A stretch of DNA of 62,972 bases, counting the filler, from Octopus bimaculoides (taxonomy: Eukaryota): the NCBI RefSeq assembly GCF_001194135.2. It is 5 parts of 5 records of this genome, joined end to end, with 100 filler letters (N's around TTAATTAATTAA, not from the genome) between each part and the next. Parts side by side here need not be neighbours in the genome. Positions count along the whole stretch, not along the records: positions 21,815 to 52,398 come from NC_068996.1; 4 more parts are not named here. One strand, written 5' to 3'. The position numbers and the translations under genes were made by a program. The notes under the pieces are model-generated. The model saw nothing but the letters and a program-made list of their open reading frames with translations. It did not search any database and was not told where the DNA came from. How positions within the stretch are numbered: position 1 is the stretch's first letter; each line of letters opens with the position of its first letter. Shown here one piece after another: positions 38,830 to 51,849 of this stretch.

Positions 38830-38908
38830 ATGGTAGACCACTGGTTTCTCAATCAAATACAGAAAAAACTGTGAAGTAACCTGTATTCTTTTGTTCATCA
38901 GTACACGT
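38830..38908 (-). ncRNA. Partly degenerate type I hammerhead, sister of 37385-37445
   Basis: Minus strand reads CGTGTA-CTGATGA-ACAAAAGAATACAG...CTGTATTTGATTGA-GAA-ACCAGTGGT-C-TACCAT, with the same upstream tcttgaccata flank. Confidence 0.65.
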
Positions 38909-39030
38909 ATGGTCAAGATATATAAAAATAAACAAGAATCACCTACCATGATGTAGCCATCACAGCAACGATGACTTTTGTTCACAATTATATATCCCTG
39001 AAAGAGATTTGAATTTATCCAGTTGCTATA

Positions 39031-39415
39031 TTTTACTTGTTTCAGTCATTTTGACTGTGACCATGCTGGAGCACTGCCTTTAGTTGAGCAAATCGACCCC
39101 AGGACTTATTCTTTGTAAGCCTAGTACTTATTCTATCAATCTCTTTTGCCGAACCGCTAAGTTACGGGGACGTTAACACACCAGCATCGGTTGTCAAGTG
39201 ATGTTGGGGGTACAAACACAGATACACACACGCATATATATATACATATACATATATACGACGGGCATTTTTTCAGTTTACGTCAACCAAATCCACTCAT
39301 AAGGCTTTGGTTGGCCTGAGACTATAGTAGAAGATACTTGCCCAAGGTGCCATGCAGTGGGACTGAACCCAGAACCAACCACTGTGGTAAGTAGCTTGCT
39401 ACTTATCACACAGCC
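39031..39415 (-). mobile_element. SINE family A, near full length
   Basis: Reverse complement of the organisation seen at 25901-26303. Confidence 0.9.
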
Positions 39416-40499
39416 CCCCCCCCATATATATATATATATATATACATACATACACACACATATATATACATATATGTATATATTGTTGTGTCTGAGGAGA
39501 GTCATTGTGTTTTAATGCCTTATTATTTAACACACTCACTGGTTTGATTTCCACTCATTTACTTATTTATTTATTTTTTCTCCAAAATTTTTGTTGCTTC
39601 TTGCAACCTCTTCAATAGTTGTTGACTCTGTCCATTATTGGAGCTGCGTTCTTTTTGTTTGTTTGTTTGTGCACATATGTGTGCATCAGTGTGCATGTGT
39701 ATACATATATGCATGTATGTATGCATGCATGTGTGTATGTAAATAATGTATGCATGTGTGTATGTATGCGTATGTGTGTGCATATATGTATGCGTGTGTG
39801 TATGTTTGTATGTATTCTGCATATTCATGTGTTTGTGTGTGTATGTTTGCATGTTTGTGTGTGTGTATGTGTGCATATGTATGCACACACACACACACAC
39901 AAACACGTCTACACACTTACCCTATTACTCACGTACATCCATAAGTACATACGTGCATACTCACATACATACATATATACATATATACATAGATGTGTAT
40001 AGGCATGCACACATGCATACGCATGTACACAGATGCATACGCGCACACATGTACACGCACATACATACATACATACATACACATGTACATATATATCATG
40101 AACTAACTATTACTTTCTCAGATGCAGCACAGAATTTTGTCAGTGAACAGGTCGCGGTCTCAAAGCGACGAAAATATTTTGACAAATTAAATTTAAATGT
40201 TGAAGTGAATCTAACGGATTTTGTGTGTTATTTTAAATGGCTTATAAACACCTCCCACGCTGCAATTGTTTTCGTTCCAGCACACGATCTCAGATCAGGT
40301 CACTTGCTATGCAAGTGCATCTCCCTATATTTATTTATTTGTCTATATAACAGCCTATTAACAAATCTACCTGTGTATGTATATACTGTGGATATAGGGG
40401 TATCACTATTTTCTACATGTATTCCTATTTAGTATTGGGGATGTTTCATTTATGAGGATGTACTCCTGTATTTATCTGAGTGATGGGTCATTCAGGTGC

Positions 40500-40865
40500 T
40501 TGGATAAAATGTAGATATTGATTCAGCCCAATGTGCCTTCATGTTGGTCTTTAGAGCATGGAGGACTGTTTTTTTTGTCATAATATTGTCTCAAATGTTT
40601 AATTAATTTCTCCGCAATGCTTCTAGATGTCTTACCAATGTATGTCATGTTCTTGTCTTTACAAGCTCCCTCTATGCACCTTATGCTGTAGACTACATTT
40701 CTAGTTCTACAGTTAATGCCAGGGTTAATCTTACATACCATGCAGTTCTCATTGGTGCATGTGGTATTCTAAAAGGGGTGTGTCCTACACAACTGTGATC
40801 TGATGGAGCTTCCTGGCTTTTCAATGATCTTAATGTTGAGTTTGGTCTTTTTCAGAGCTTTCCTA
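40500..40865 (-). mobile_element. Penelope-like GIY-YIG endonuclease fragment
   Basis: CMVCK..INCRTRNVVYSIRC...TYIGKTSR. Confidence 0.85.
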
Positions 40866-40869
40866 AATA

Positions 40870-41066
40870 TAAAAAGGAGACCATCCAGAAGAGTTGCAGG
40901 AGATTCTGAAGTCGTCTGGAGGCTGTGGTTGAAGCCAATGGCGATTTTATTGAATAAATTTACTCTTTAGTATTTCAAGATATTTTTATGTAATTTTGTA
41001 AATGTATCTGTTAAAATGAGATGTCAGTGTTATTTCCATTTTTGTGTAATTTAGTCACACCCTGTA
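40870..41066 (+). mobile_element. Tc1/mariner 3' end with terminal repeat
   Basis: CRRF*SRLEAVVEANGDFIE*, then a terminus ...CACCCTG followed by TA. Confidence 0.8.
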
Positions 41067-41104
41067 TACACACACACACATGCACACGCGCACGCACGCA
41101 CGCC

Positions 41105-41910
41105 CTTGGTGCTCATTAGAGGTAGTAGATAATTTCTGCTAAATGGGGGACCAAATTAGTAGCGGAGGAGGATGCACAGAGTCTATGATAGCTAGAATAA
41201 GAATAAGAAGGAGGAAATTCAGAGAGTTGTTACCTCTGTTGGCCACGAAAAGTTACTCTCTAAGTGAAAGGAAGATTGTATGATGGATGTATACAGACAG
41301 CAATCTACATGGTAGTAAGACGTAGGCTCTGAATGTAGAGGACATGCAAAGACTAGAGAGAAATGAGGCTAGTATGCTGTGCTGGATGTGTACATGTTTG
41401 ACAGAGGGCTAATGTGTTGAGAGAGAAGCTAGACATAAGAGGAATTGGTTGCAGTGTACAAGAGAGAAGACTGTGCTGGTTTGGTCGTGTGATGCGGATG
41501 GATGCCAATAACTTCATAAAAAAGTGCCAATCTCTTAAAGTAGATGGGACATGTGGAAGTGGGAGACCCAGAAAGACACGAGATGAAGTACTGAAAATAA
41601 CCTCAGGACAATGAATCTTACAGATGAGATGACAAAGGACTGAGATGCCTGGTGAATTGCTGTACTCAAGACGATCTGTACTCCACAGGAAAAGTGTTAA
41701 GGCTGGTCCTTCCGGTGATCACTTATGGCAGTGCCACATAAAAGCACCTAGCACACTCTGTAAAGTGGTTGGTGTTAGTAAGGGCATCTAGCTGTAAAAA
41801 CCATGCCAAAACAGACTGGAGTCTGGTGCAGCACCCCAGCTTGCCAGCTCTGGTCAAATCGTCCAACCCATGGACAATGGATGTCAAATAATGATGATGA
41901 TGAAGATGAT
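41105..41910 (+). mobile_element. RTE LINE 3' fragment followed by a family C tail
   Basis: GGGCTESMIARIRI, ERRLCWFGRVMRMD and GRPRKT, then a 3' tail ending in (GAT)n. Confidence 0.85.
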
Positions 41911-42079
41911 GATATATATATATGATGTATATATTCCCCCTCTGCCATGTTGGGTGTTGTAGAACAATTGACCAACTTAGCAGTATTCTTGTTGAGAATG
42001 CTCTAATATCTATATTGCAGGGAAAAGTCCCTACCAAGAATATGGAAGAAAATCTTAAGGTTATTTGTTTTCAAATAAT

Positions 42080-43140
42080 CTGCATGTACATAATTAAAAT
42101 GTATTATTTAAACTTTTGTATGTCTTACTTCTATCAAGGATCTTCTATTGCATGTTAAATCTTCTACCATATTCTTTCAGTGTCCAAATCTGATCAGATA
42201 ATTCAGTTACATTCCTCTTTTCTACATTCCCAAAGGAAGAAATATGGTTGGAATACCTTTTCTTGAGTCTGTCTTTTATCATGCTGCATAATGCTTATGC
42301 ATATTGTTTGGTATGATGGAGGTGAATCCTACTTCATAGATCATAGCTTCAGCATTGCACAACTGATTAAGAATGCATGTATTTCTGCATACAGAATACC
42401 TTTCAGTTGTTTTGGTTGGATTACATTTAAGTTTACATGTTGGTGTAACTGCAGCTCAATTTTATGTTGTTTCATTTGAACAATTTTCTATATCAGTGAT
42501 TAATTTGGAAATAGCTATTTATTATGTCTAGAAAATACTTTGCAATATAACTCAGTCTTTTCTTCTTAGTGGGTGATGACAGATGTTAGGAGATGTAGTT
42601 AATATCACTGCATTCACTTACTTCTTGTACTTTGTTGTTTTAGGGTTAAGCTTTGTCAAAGATTTCTTTTTTAGAGAGAAGATTATGGAAGATTGTTATT
42701 AAGCTTTTGAAAATTATGGATGGTGATCAGACTAATAATATTTGTGAAATTTTCATCAGGTTTGGTATATGGGCACTATCTCAGAAATTTATGGAACTCA
42801 GGTTTGTGATCATGACTAATTTCCCCTAAGCTTATCTAATGTACATCTACTGGCGTATTGTAATGTAACCAGCCCATCATCTCTACATTAGTCAGTAGTA
42901 CATGGTTATGAATTTTGTTTAGTGTATTACAGACAATCACAGATCCAAACCACAAAATATTCTTACTATTTCCATTGATAGTTCTGCAGTAATTTTTTTA
43001 AGCTGTGGCTAATTATTTATCCTGATGGAACAGCCATAAAACTTAATTAAAAGAACCTTGAGATGGTTAATTTCATTAATTTCTGGTATCAAACAATATC
43101 GAATTATAACATCTGAATATTCTTGCATTATTAAGCATGA
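42080..43140 (-). mobile_element. Decayed Penelope-like element (RT plus GIY-YIG)
   Basis: The minus strand gives CRDDGL (YRDD-like), PYTKPDE, KEIFDKA, IKLSCSYTNM, MIYEV..HYA, KKRYSNHISSF and TELSDQIWTLK. Many stops are present. Confidence 0.85.
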
Positions 43141-43144
43141 AAGT

Positions 43145-43475
43145 CATCATCATCATCATCATCATCGTCGTTGTCATCGTTTAACGTCCGTTTTTCCATG
43201 GTGGCATGGGTTGGACGATTTGACTGAAGGCTGGCGAGCCAGAAGGCTACACCAAGCTCCCATCTGATCTGACAATGTTTCTACAGCTGGATGCCCTTCC
43301 TAATGCCAACGACTCCGAGAGTGTAGTGGGTGCGTTTTACGTGCTACCAGCACAGGACCAGTCAGCTGGTACTGGCATCGACCATGCTTGAATGGTGCTT
43401 TTTACATGCCATAGGTACAGGTGCCGATCAGGTGGTACTGTCATTGGCCATGACAATGACTTCACTTGACTTCAC
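43145..43475 (-). mobile_element. SINE family C
   Basis: (CAT)n tail followed by ttaacgtccgtttttccatg...gagtgtagtgggtgc. Confidence 0.85.
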
Positions 43476-43789
43476 CACGTTATAAAAAAAAATGGTGTCA
43501 AATTTACATTCAAATATTATGTAAACTTTGTATCACTCATTATTATTATTTTCGACTGATGTTGTTTCTAACTCAATCAAATCACAAATTATTGTCATGA
43601 ACAATCATCCAATTCATGTCTTAGAAGCATTAAAAGTTCAAATTTATTTGAAATTAATAATCAATATTGGCTGTTAAGATACAGCACATAAAGCTACGAA
43701 TAGAGCCCTCGGCTTTTTCTATCTCAAAGAATTCTTCAACTAACATACATATGCTGTTATTTATAACTTTGTGTCTCTACATTCCAAGT

Positions 43790-43925
43790 TCAAATTCTGC
43801 TGAGATAAACTTCCCCTTTCATCCTTTTGGGCTCAATAAAATAAGTAGCAGCTGAGTATTTGGGTCAATGTAATCAACTTAACCCTTCCCATAAAACTTC
43901 AGGGCTCCTCTCTATAGTAAGAAGG
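43790..43925 (+). mobile_element. SINE family B fragment
   Basis: agttcaaattctgctgagataaacttcccctttcatccttttggg. Confidence 0.75.
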
Positions 43926-45305
43926 GCTATTTATAGCTGTATATGTGCTCTGCAAGTCATTTTTCTAAAACAGAATTGTTTCATATTCTCTCAAAAGTTT
44001 ATAAAATTCTTATGACATCAAAAATAACAAATAATAGTCTTTTTGTTTTTGCAATAATTTCTCTTAAATTTAATTTAACTTCAATTGCATATTATGTACT
44101 GAAAGTGCAAGTTGCAGAATATCACAAATATAATAGTTGCTAAATATATTTCATTGCTAATTTGATGTTTCACTTTGTCCTTCATGTGGTGCTAATTGCT
44201 TTATTTTCACTAATTTTGTAATTCAGTAATTAAAATTTTGTAATTTTATTTAGTATGTTTATAAAATCTGTACAGAAATATGATGCTCTTTAATTTTTGT
44301 TTTGTTTATGTTTTTACTTTATTTTACATGCTATAAGGAGCTAAACTTCTTTCTTGAATGAAATTACTGTGATGTTGGACAACTACCATTGATAGTCTTA
44401 AGATGCTCAATGGTGATATTTTGGCACAAGGTGAACAGCCAGGTTTTCTGTTATTTAATAACTAGTCTATCATACATTTAAAAAGAAAATATTGCTCAGA
44501 ATTACAAAAATTGGGTAATAAATTCAAATCATTAATATCCCGAAATATTCATTCTTTTACAATGGAGAAAATTTCAAATGTTTCCCTGTTTGCAGCATTA
44601 CAACTATTGATAACTGAAGGATGTAAAACCATAATATTAAGAACAACTGGTTCATGTGAACTGGTGTGAATCAGGTTCTGCTCACAGCTTACTACATAAA
44701 TTTAGACCCATGAAGTACATTTGAGTGACTCATTTCTGTACACCTGTTGTTATTTTCAACCCCTGACTGAGCTGACTTATGATAAACAGTGTTAAAGTTA
44801 TGGACATTCCATCTTTTTAGAAGATGTTATATAAGACTCTTAGCGAAAACTTTAAACAGATTTATCGGATAATTACATAGATTTCAAAAGAAAGCTCATT
44901 GAGAGTTCTGTGTTTGTTTTCAGGTAATGCTTTCTTTTATGGCTCTCAGTTAGCCCTCTGTCTTCCTAGATCCCTGTATGTAATCATGAGATTTTCTTGA
45001 GAGTTTGATATTCCTTGAGTAACATTAACAACACAGCTCAATTTAATATGTGGCACAACATTAAAATAATGAATAACAATGATTTTATAAGATACAAATT
45101 GGTAACTTAATACAACTATTACAGTGGGCTGGTAATATAGTTACTTAATACAATTATCATAGCAGACATATTTAGGACTACACTGCCTAGTGTGTCCTGT
45201 CTAACTGAAAGAAATTTTTGCATTTGCATAGTTGAGCTGTGAATCTAGTTTAGGATGCATGTTTTTCCCAGATTGAAACTGAATCTATTTGAAGTTTACA
45301 AAGAA

Positions 45306-45457
45306 CACTAGCATAGCTAGAGTGTGTGCCACCCAGGGTAGCCCATCCGTGTGCCACTCCCGGTTCCCACAAAAAACACATACTGCCTACAGCAGACCCA
45401 AAAGAGCCACACAGGCCAGACTGTCCCTACTGTCCCCCCACCCCAGCTACGCTAGTG
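45306..45457. mobile_element. 152-bp GC-rich MITE with CACTA...TAGTG termini
   Basis: TIRs CACTAGCATAGCT / AGCTACGCTAGTG. No clear TSD. Confidence 0.6.
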
Positions 45458-45980
45458 ATGAAGAAACCATTTATTTATACATAAACATTACAATGATTAT
45501 AACAATTAGTAGCCAGAGGCTGTATTACTGATCACCAGTAATGAGAGACACACATGCATGCTGGCTAGAAAGAACAAATATATCTTTGTGTTGTGAGAAG
45601 TGAGAAAACTCTGTATTCATTGTAGACAAATGTTTTATTTTAACCTGGAGTCGAGCAGCAACCAAGAAACCTGTCTTTTCATGGCCCTCTGTTATCTCTG
45701 GCTCTGTTTTTGCCTCTCTCAGACTGATTTTGGTACACATCTAAATTTATAGCCATATTTTGGCAGGGACATCATGGAAAATTCATCATTGTATGATTGC
45801 AGCTGAAATACTATTGATCAGAATGAAGGAAAAATTGCCTGATATGTTCTGGCCTATTTCTCATTATTGAGCTAACACACTTTCAAATCTAAGTCCTGTA
45901 ACAAGATTTAATTGCCATTTGTAGCAAATTAAGGGATCAATCCTCATTGCATTCAAATGACAATTGAGCACCCATTTAGA

Positions 45981-46790
45981 TATTGCGTTGGCCAAAAAGT
46001 AAAAAAGTAAAAAAAAGGCACAAAGTGATTTATTCAATCAGTAATATAATTACCGTTTTGTTCCAGCATCTTCTGGCATATTGTTGGTAGATCCATTATT
46101 CTCTGCTCAAAGAATTTCCAGTCTTTAATGGCAAAGAACTCTTCCTGGTGAATTTTTCCATTTTCTTCAGAGCTGAAGATTTGTCCATTCAATGAATTTT
46201 AGAGATGGTAACAGGTGGAAATCTGAAGGCACAAGGCTGGGTGAATACGGAGGGAGCAGCAAAACCTTTCTGCCAAGCTCCTGTAATGTCTGCTGTGTTT
46301 GCAAAGAAGCACGCAGTCTAATGCTGTCATGATGAAGGACAATGCCCTTACTGTTAGCAAGTTCTGGATGCTTCTGGTGGATCGCTGCATTTGATTTGTC
46401 CAGTTGGTCATTGTACACATGGGAATTGATGGTCCTGTGTGTGGGAAGCAGCTTGTAAAAGACAACATTCTTCCAGTCCCACCAAATGAAAACTATGAAA
46501 TTCTTTTGATGGAGTCTTGCTTTGGAGGTTGTCTTCTGTGGTGGTTTACTACACTTCCCCTCTGACTGTTTATGCTTCACATTATTATAGATGATCCATT
46601 TTACGTCTCCTGTCACTATTCTCTTCAATAAAGCATCATTTTCATTCCATTTCTGCAATGAATCACAGTTGGAAATCCATTGGATGCGGTAGACCTCATT
46701 CAATTGACGTGGGACCCAAATGTTGAACCTGCTGACATAACCAAGTTGATGCAGATGGTTTTCAACACTTGATTTGGATATTTGAGAATT
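45981..46790 (-). mobile_element. Mariner element, decayed transposase with one TIR
   Basis: IWVPRQL, RIVTGDVKWIIYNN, IVLHHD and PPYSPSLVPSDFHL, with TIR-like TATTGCGTTGGCCAAAAAGT at the left end. Confidence 0.92.
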
Positions 46791-46985
46791 TGTGCCGGTG
46801 GCACATAAAAGCACCCACTACACCCTCTGAGTGGTTGGCGTTAGGAAGAGCATCCAGCTGTAGAAACCATGCCAGATCAGATTGGAACCTGGCGTAGCCA
46901 TCTGGTTTCACCAGTCTTCAGTCAAATCGTCCAACCCATGCTAGCATGGAAAGCGAACGTTAAACGATGATGATGATGATGATGA
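46790..46985 (+). mobile_element. SINE family C 3' part
   Basis: aaagcacccactacac...cgttaaacg followed by (ATG)n. Confidence 0.85.
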
Positions 46986-48197
46986 TTCTGGTTGTATTAC
47001 AGGGGTTAATGTCTGTCATCTAACTTCTTCATTTTGTTGCTGTTAATCTAATTTAATTAGCCAAGGTAAGGAGCATCTGGAACTAAAAAATTTCCCAATC
47101 AGAATTTTGAAAACCATTTCCACTTTTTTGCCTTTTTTAAAAAATTAAAAATCATGAGGTGTAGATAATGTTCATTTTGGTTCTCCATTTTCAGTATGAT
47201 CTCAAGCATACAAAATACAACCTGTCACATCATAGGTTTGTGTTGAATTGCATTGAAGTGCCAAGTATCTTGCGAGTTCACATGCACAAAGAACAGATGG
47301 AAGTTAGCTACTTATTAGAGTACTTGAAGTTTAGTGTCAACATAAACCAAATGAACTTTTTGGCCAACTCAATATAATTTATTTTTCACTGCTCATAAAT
47401 GGAAGATATAAAGGAATTTGATTCTATTGGCAACAGTGGAATGTTTATTTGTTAATAGCTACCAGGTTGTTGCTTGGTTGTTGATTCTCATGATTAATAA
47501 TATCAGCTGTCCACTACAGCCATTATCGGAAAGCTAATTACACAGTGTGATTCAAGTATTGGTTCCTTGTCAATCTGTTTAACTAACCCACATTGTTTGT
47601 AGTTCACTGTTTTTCTTTCCAATACAATAATGTATTCCTGCTTTCTCGCTTTTCCTTGTACTATTTGGTGACTCCTGACTCAAATATTATCCCTGACTCG
47701 TATACTTTTCATATGCAAGGAGGAAGGCCTGAGCACTCTGGTTTAATCACAGTGCGCATACTGGCCTATTCCTTCAACGAAGGATGCTCTTCCATCCTTA
47801 GAGGAAATTGTGCAGACGAAAATGACCAGGAGATGGACTAAACTAAATGGACTTATCAGATTCTGTTTATGATGATGGTAGAACAGCATGCTGTAAAACT
47901 AAATGTAATGGATTTTCAGATACTGGATATAGAAGCAATATCAGTTTTAGAATAAGAACTATTTCTACATTAACCTGGAAAATCCCATTACCATAATTTG
48001 GGACTCAAAGCTCTGGTTATAACAGGAAGAGAAAGAATACTTGTACACAAAGATGTGGTATAATGCAAACAGATAAGCAGTGCTGAGGTGACACTAAATA
48101 ACATATGCAACTCGTTTGTCTCAATAAACTTTGAGATTTTTTTTATCCAACGGTTTGCTTCCTTTATATCTTTCATAAATTTCTGATTGATTCTCAC

Positions 48198-48447
48198 TTA
48201 ACTCTTTGGCATTTAAACTGACCTTATCAAGCTCAAATATTCTACTTGTCTTATATCCAAACCAACCAGAGCTGAGCTCTCTTACCCACCCTCCAATGTC
48301 ATTCTAAAAATAAACAGTTGCATCATGCCAAATCAGATTGGAACTTGTTGCAGCTCAAAGGTACACGATAATGCATGATTGATTGCATACAATATGAATG
48401 AATAAGCATTATATTTGACAGGCTAATCTGAAAGTAAAAGGGTTTAA
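48198..48447. mobile_element. piggyBac-like MITE, reverse copy of 32643-32825
   Basis: TTAACTCTTTGGC start and gtaaaagggtttaa end, with shared internal sequence. Confidence 0.7.
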
Positions 48448-49249
48448 TATTGTCATGTAACTACTCTCAGCTATTTTTCCTGTTTATAATTGGTATAAAG
48501 CTGACTGCAATTGACAGTCAGCTTTTGCAAGTATCTGATTTTATGAAAAATAATATTATGTTATTTCCTAACTATGAAGATTATTTATTTAATTAGCATT
48601 GTTTTTATTAATTTATGAAGCTTGATGAAGGTAAATAAGCAATAAAAAGAGTGTGATATGATTTGTAATAAATAGAGAACGTTTTGTCAAAAAGTTTTGT
48701 GTAAGTGTCATGGAATTCTCCTGTCATTTTGTTCATTCACCCAGGGTGTGATGTTAGCAGTATATTTATCCTCATGTATTTTGAGGACTGAAAATGTAAT
48801 AGACTCAGAATATTTTTTGAGAATGTGCACTTACAGGTCAGGGATATTACCAGAAGCTGATGAGCCCTACTGCAGGCACAATGTAAAGCAGAACTACCTC
48901 CATGGTTCCGTGGTCAAGTGGTCAGTAACTAAATTGGCTCCCCCACTTGAGTAACTTGCTGCTCTTGTGAAGAGGGTGTGTGGATGTCGAAACAAGACCT
49001 TTCGAAGGGGAAATGAGCTTCTTGTGGGCTAACGGCCATTCAGTTGGAGAGAGCAATTGCAAACCACCTCAATAACCACTGAGAAAACACTATGAGAAAA
49101 TCAGAAGGTAATACAATGGACTTATAGGAAAGTGGGTTATACATCATTAGATGTATACCTGACTTTCCTATATAAAATTAAGAATTAAACGGAACGCTGA
49201 ACTCCAGACTATCAACACAAACAACATTTATTTAAGGTGGTAAATATAT

Positions 49250-49500
49250 ACATCTTTAGCTCTTGTTTGTTGTTACAGCTTCTGTGTGTGTGAGCATTGT
49301 TGTTGGGACGTTGGTATGTAGATGTAAGCGAGTTGTCTAGCGTAAGTTCGAAAGATGGAGAGAGACAGCTAAACACGTCCATGCTCAATCGCTGGCCAGT
49401 AAGAAAGAGATAGAATAGAAGCGGGAACGCTTGGTTGTTGAATTCCACGCATGCGTGAGACTACGCATGCGCACAGCGTTACTACAGACTCATCCAGAGA
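49250..49500. promoter_or_regulatory. CpG-rich promoter candidate with tandem NRF1-like motifs
   Basis: CACGCATGCGTG (49446-49457) and TACGCATGCGCA (49462-49473), in a local CpG enrichment within CpG-poor flanks. Confidence 0.5.
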
Positions 49501-50113
49501 ACAAAAAAGAAAGAAATGATTGAGCAAAAGAAAGAGGTGAAGGAAGAAAGGAAGGAAGGAAGATCTCAGCCAGGGAAAAAGATTCCTTACTTCATTGAAA
49601 GGTGAAGAAGTAGATCTCTTCAGATATTGAACTCACAGCAGTAAGAAAGCAAAGAATTTAGTCCTGTGTTCAATTCTTTCTGCTATCACTGGTAAACTCT
49701 TCTAAAATTATTGATCTTTTAGGAATAAACTTCCCATTGATTTCTTTCATCTTCTTAATTTGGTTAATATCTATAAAGTTTTCTGCATTTCTGCATTCCA
49801 TTTCAGTTTAAAACATGTCAGAAAATGCAAGGATTACATAAATACTCTAGAATAAGAAAGATGGAAAGGAGGGATGGTCATAGATGAATCGTCTTTGATT
49901 ATAAGTTTATTTCATTAGAGCCCACATAGAACTACACAAAAACAACAGTGAAAACATTATCTCATTACTAACATGGAGATTTTATATATAAGTAATGAAA
50001 CTTAATACCCCTGTAGCTAATAACACCAAAATATTGTTCTAACAAACAAAAACGTATAATTGTCCACTGTAAGCTACTTAACACCTGAGCACACAAAATT
50101 CTAGCCACATATA

Positions 50114-50332
50114 TGAGGGGGTGCTGAAAAGTTCCTAGCTTTAAGGGTATCATGGAAGGCCTGGTTGGAGACCTAACCTTCTGAGTTCTTTTACAGGGTT
50201 TAGAAAAATTGAAGGACTGCTACAAATAAGTGTGTGAATCTGAGAGGGGAATATGTTGAATAAAATCAGAATTAACTGATCCTCCTGTATTTTCTTTTAC
50301 CCAGAATCAGGAACTTTTCAGCATCCCCCTCA
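50114..50332. mobile_element. Mariner-derived MITE
   Basis: TIRs TGAGGGGGTGCTGAAAAGTTCC / GGAACTTTTCAGCATCCCCCTCA, with TA on the left. Confidence 0.85.
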
Positions 50333-50344
50333 TGTATACATACA

Positions 50345-50375
<31 letters not shown>

Positions 50376-50556
50376 NNNNNNNNNNNNNNNNNNNNNNNNN
50401 NNNNNNNNNNNNNNNNNNNNNNNNNNNNNNNNNNNNNNNNNNNNNNNNNNNNNNNNNNNNNNNNNNNNNNNNNNNNNNNNNNNNNNNNNNNNNNNNNTAT
50501 AATTGTCCACTGTAAGCTACTTAACACCTGAGCACACAAAATTCTAGCCACATATA

Positions 50557-50774
50557 TGAGGGGGTGCTGAAAAGTTCCTAGCTTTAAGGGTATCATGGAA
50601 GGCCTGGTTGGAGACCTAACCTTCTGAGTTCTTTTACAGGGTTTAGAAAAATTGAAGGACTGCTACAAATAAGTGTGTGAATCTGAGAGGGGAATATGTT
50701 GAATAAAATCATAATTAACTGATCCTCCTCTATTATCTTTTACCCAAAGCCAGGGTCTTTTCAGCACCCTCTCA
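50557..50774. mobile_element. Mariner-derived MITE, duplicate across a gap
   Basis: Same element and same left flank as 50055-50332, with TA on both sides. Confidence 0.85.
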
Positions 50775-51409
50775 TATTAATTGTCCTGAAATTCTTGTTC
50801 AGATGTGTCACCTACCGAAGACCCCTAAAAATATTTTATGGAAAAGTAAGCAAGTTGCAACAAGTATAAAGAAACCAGCACATTTCGCAGAAAGGAATAA
50901 TTGTTGTATTTAGTACTCTTAATAGGCCTTATCATTTATTTAATAATGGCTAAGCAGTTATTTTACATTTATTAGCTTCTACAATCATTAGTTGTTCAGT
51001 TGTTGACACAAACGAGACCCATGATCAAAGGCCTTCCAGCTGTGGCAGTTGTGTGCGTTTTTTAAGGTCATGTAGGACAGCATTATCTAATGTGTCCTTT
51101 CATTACTTAATATGGCAGAGTGATTTAGCTGCTATTTCTAACAGGACGAATTCTCATATGAAGTCTGTTTGGAGAAGCCCTGCAAACATTCATTAACAAC
51201 ATTACTTGATAATTTGTTTAACCACAATACCTAGAAATATGACAAACATCCAAAGAATAATCCACTTCTTATATTGATATAAAAACTACTAAGTTTAAGC
51301 AACCGATTTTTATTTACCTCCCATGGTAGTCTGACAGGTGGTGGCTTGAGATCAGTGAGTTCCAAGGAGCAGAGGCCACTGAGAAACAGAGACAGCATGT
51401 ATGTAGTGA

Positions 51410-51715
51410 GGTTAGAAGGAGTGTGGCTTTGTGATTAGGGTATTCAGCTCATAATCATAAGGTTGCAAGTTTGATTCATGGTGGCACATGGTGTCCTTGA
51501 GACACTTTGTTTCATGTCACTCCAGTCCATTCAGCTGGAAAAAATGGGCAGTACCTATAATTCAAAGGGGCAGCCTTGTCATACTGAATCTTCCCAAGAA
51601 GGGTACACGTGTTTGTGGAGTGCTCAGCTACTTGCACATTAATTTCATGAGCAGGCCGTTCCATTGATCAGATCAACTGGAATACTTGCCATTATAACTG
51701 ATGGAGAGCCAGGAA
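51410..51715 (+). mobile_element. SINE family D
   Basis: tRNA-like head with gtgtccttgag core. The 3' part is shared with 61570-61735. Confidence 0.75.
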
Positions 51716-51849
51716 CTAAAAGAGGTGTATGCTGGTGAGTGACTTCTTGCTAATCAGTTAGGAAACCTTTTATCTAGACATAGCCTGTGATGTTTTTATA
51801 TAATACTGAACCAAGATATGAGAGAGAGGCTGAGGCTTTTGATTAGAAA

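Noticed and set aside
45645-45740. AG...GT-bounded 96-nt minus-strand exon candidate
   Set aside because: The donor is weak, the peptide is unrecognised and no partner exons were found.
48850-49030. CTGATGAG...CGAAA as an extended hammerhead
   Set aside because: No UH cleavage site is adjacent to the putative stem I, and stem II is not supported.
50055-50774. Tandem duplication of a MITE plus flank
   Set aside because: Near-identical copies on either side of a gap most likely represent two haplotypes or an unmerged contig overlap.
49516-50845. Spliced peptide MIEQKK...KIPYFIE-R-CVTYRRPLKIFYGK with RhoGAP-like IPYFIERCV
   Set aside because: The phases fit, but the similarity is only a few residues and the following GAP motifs are absent.
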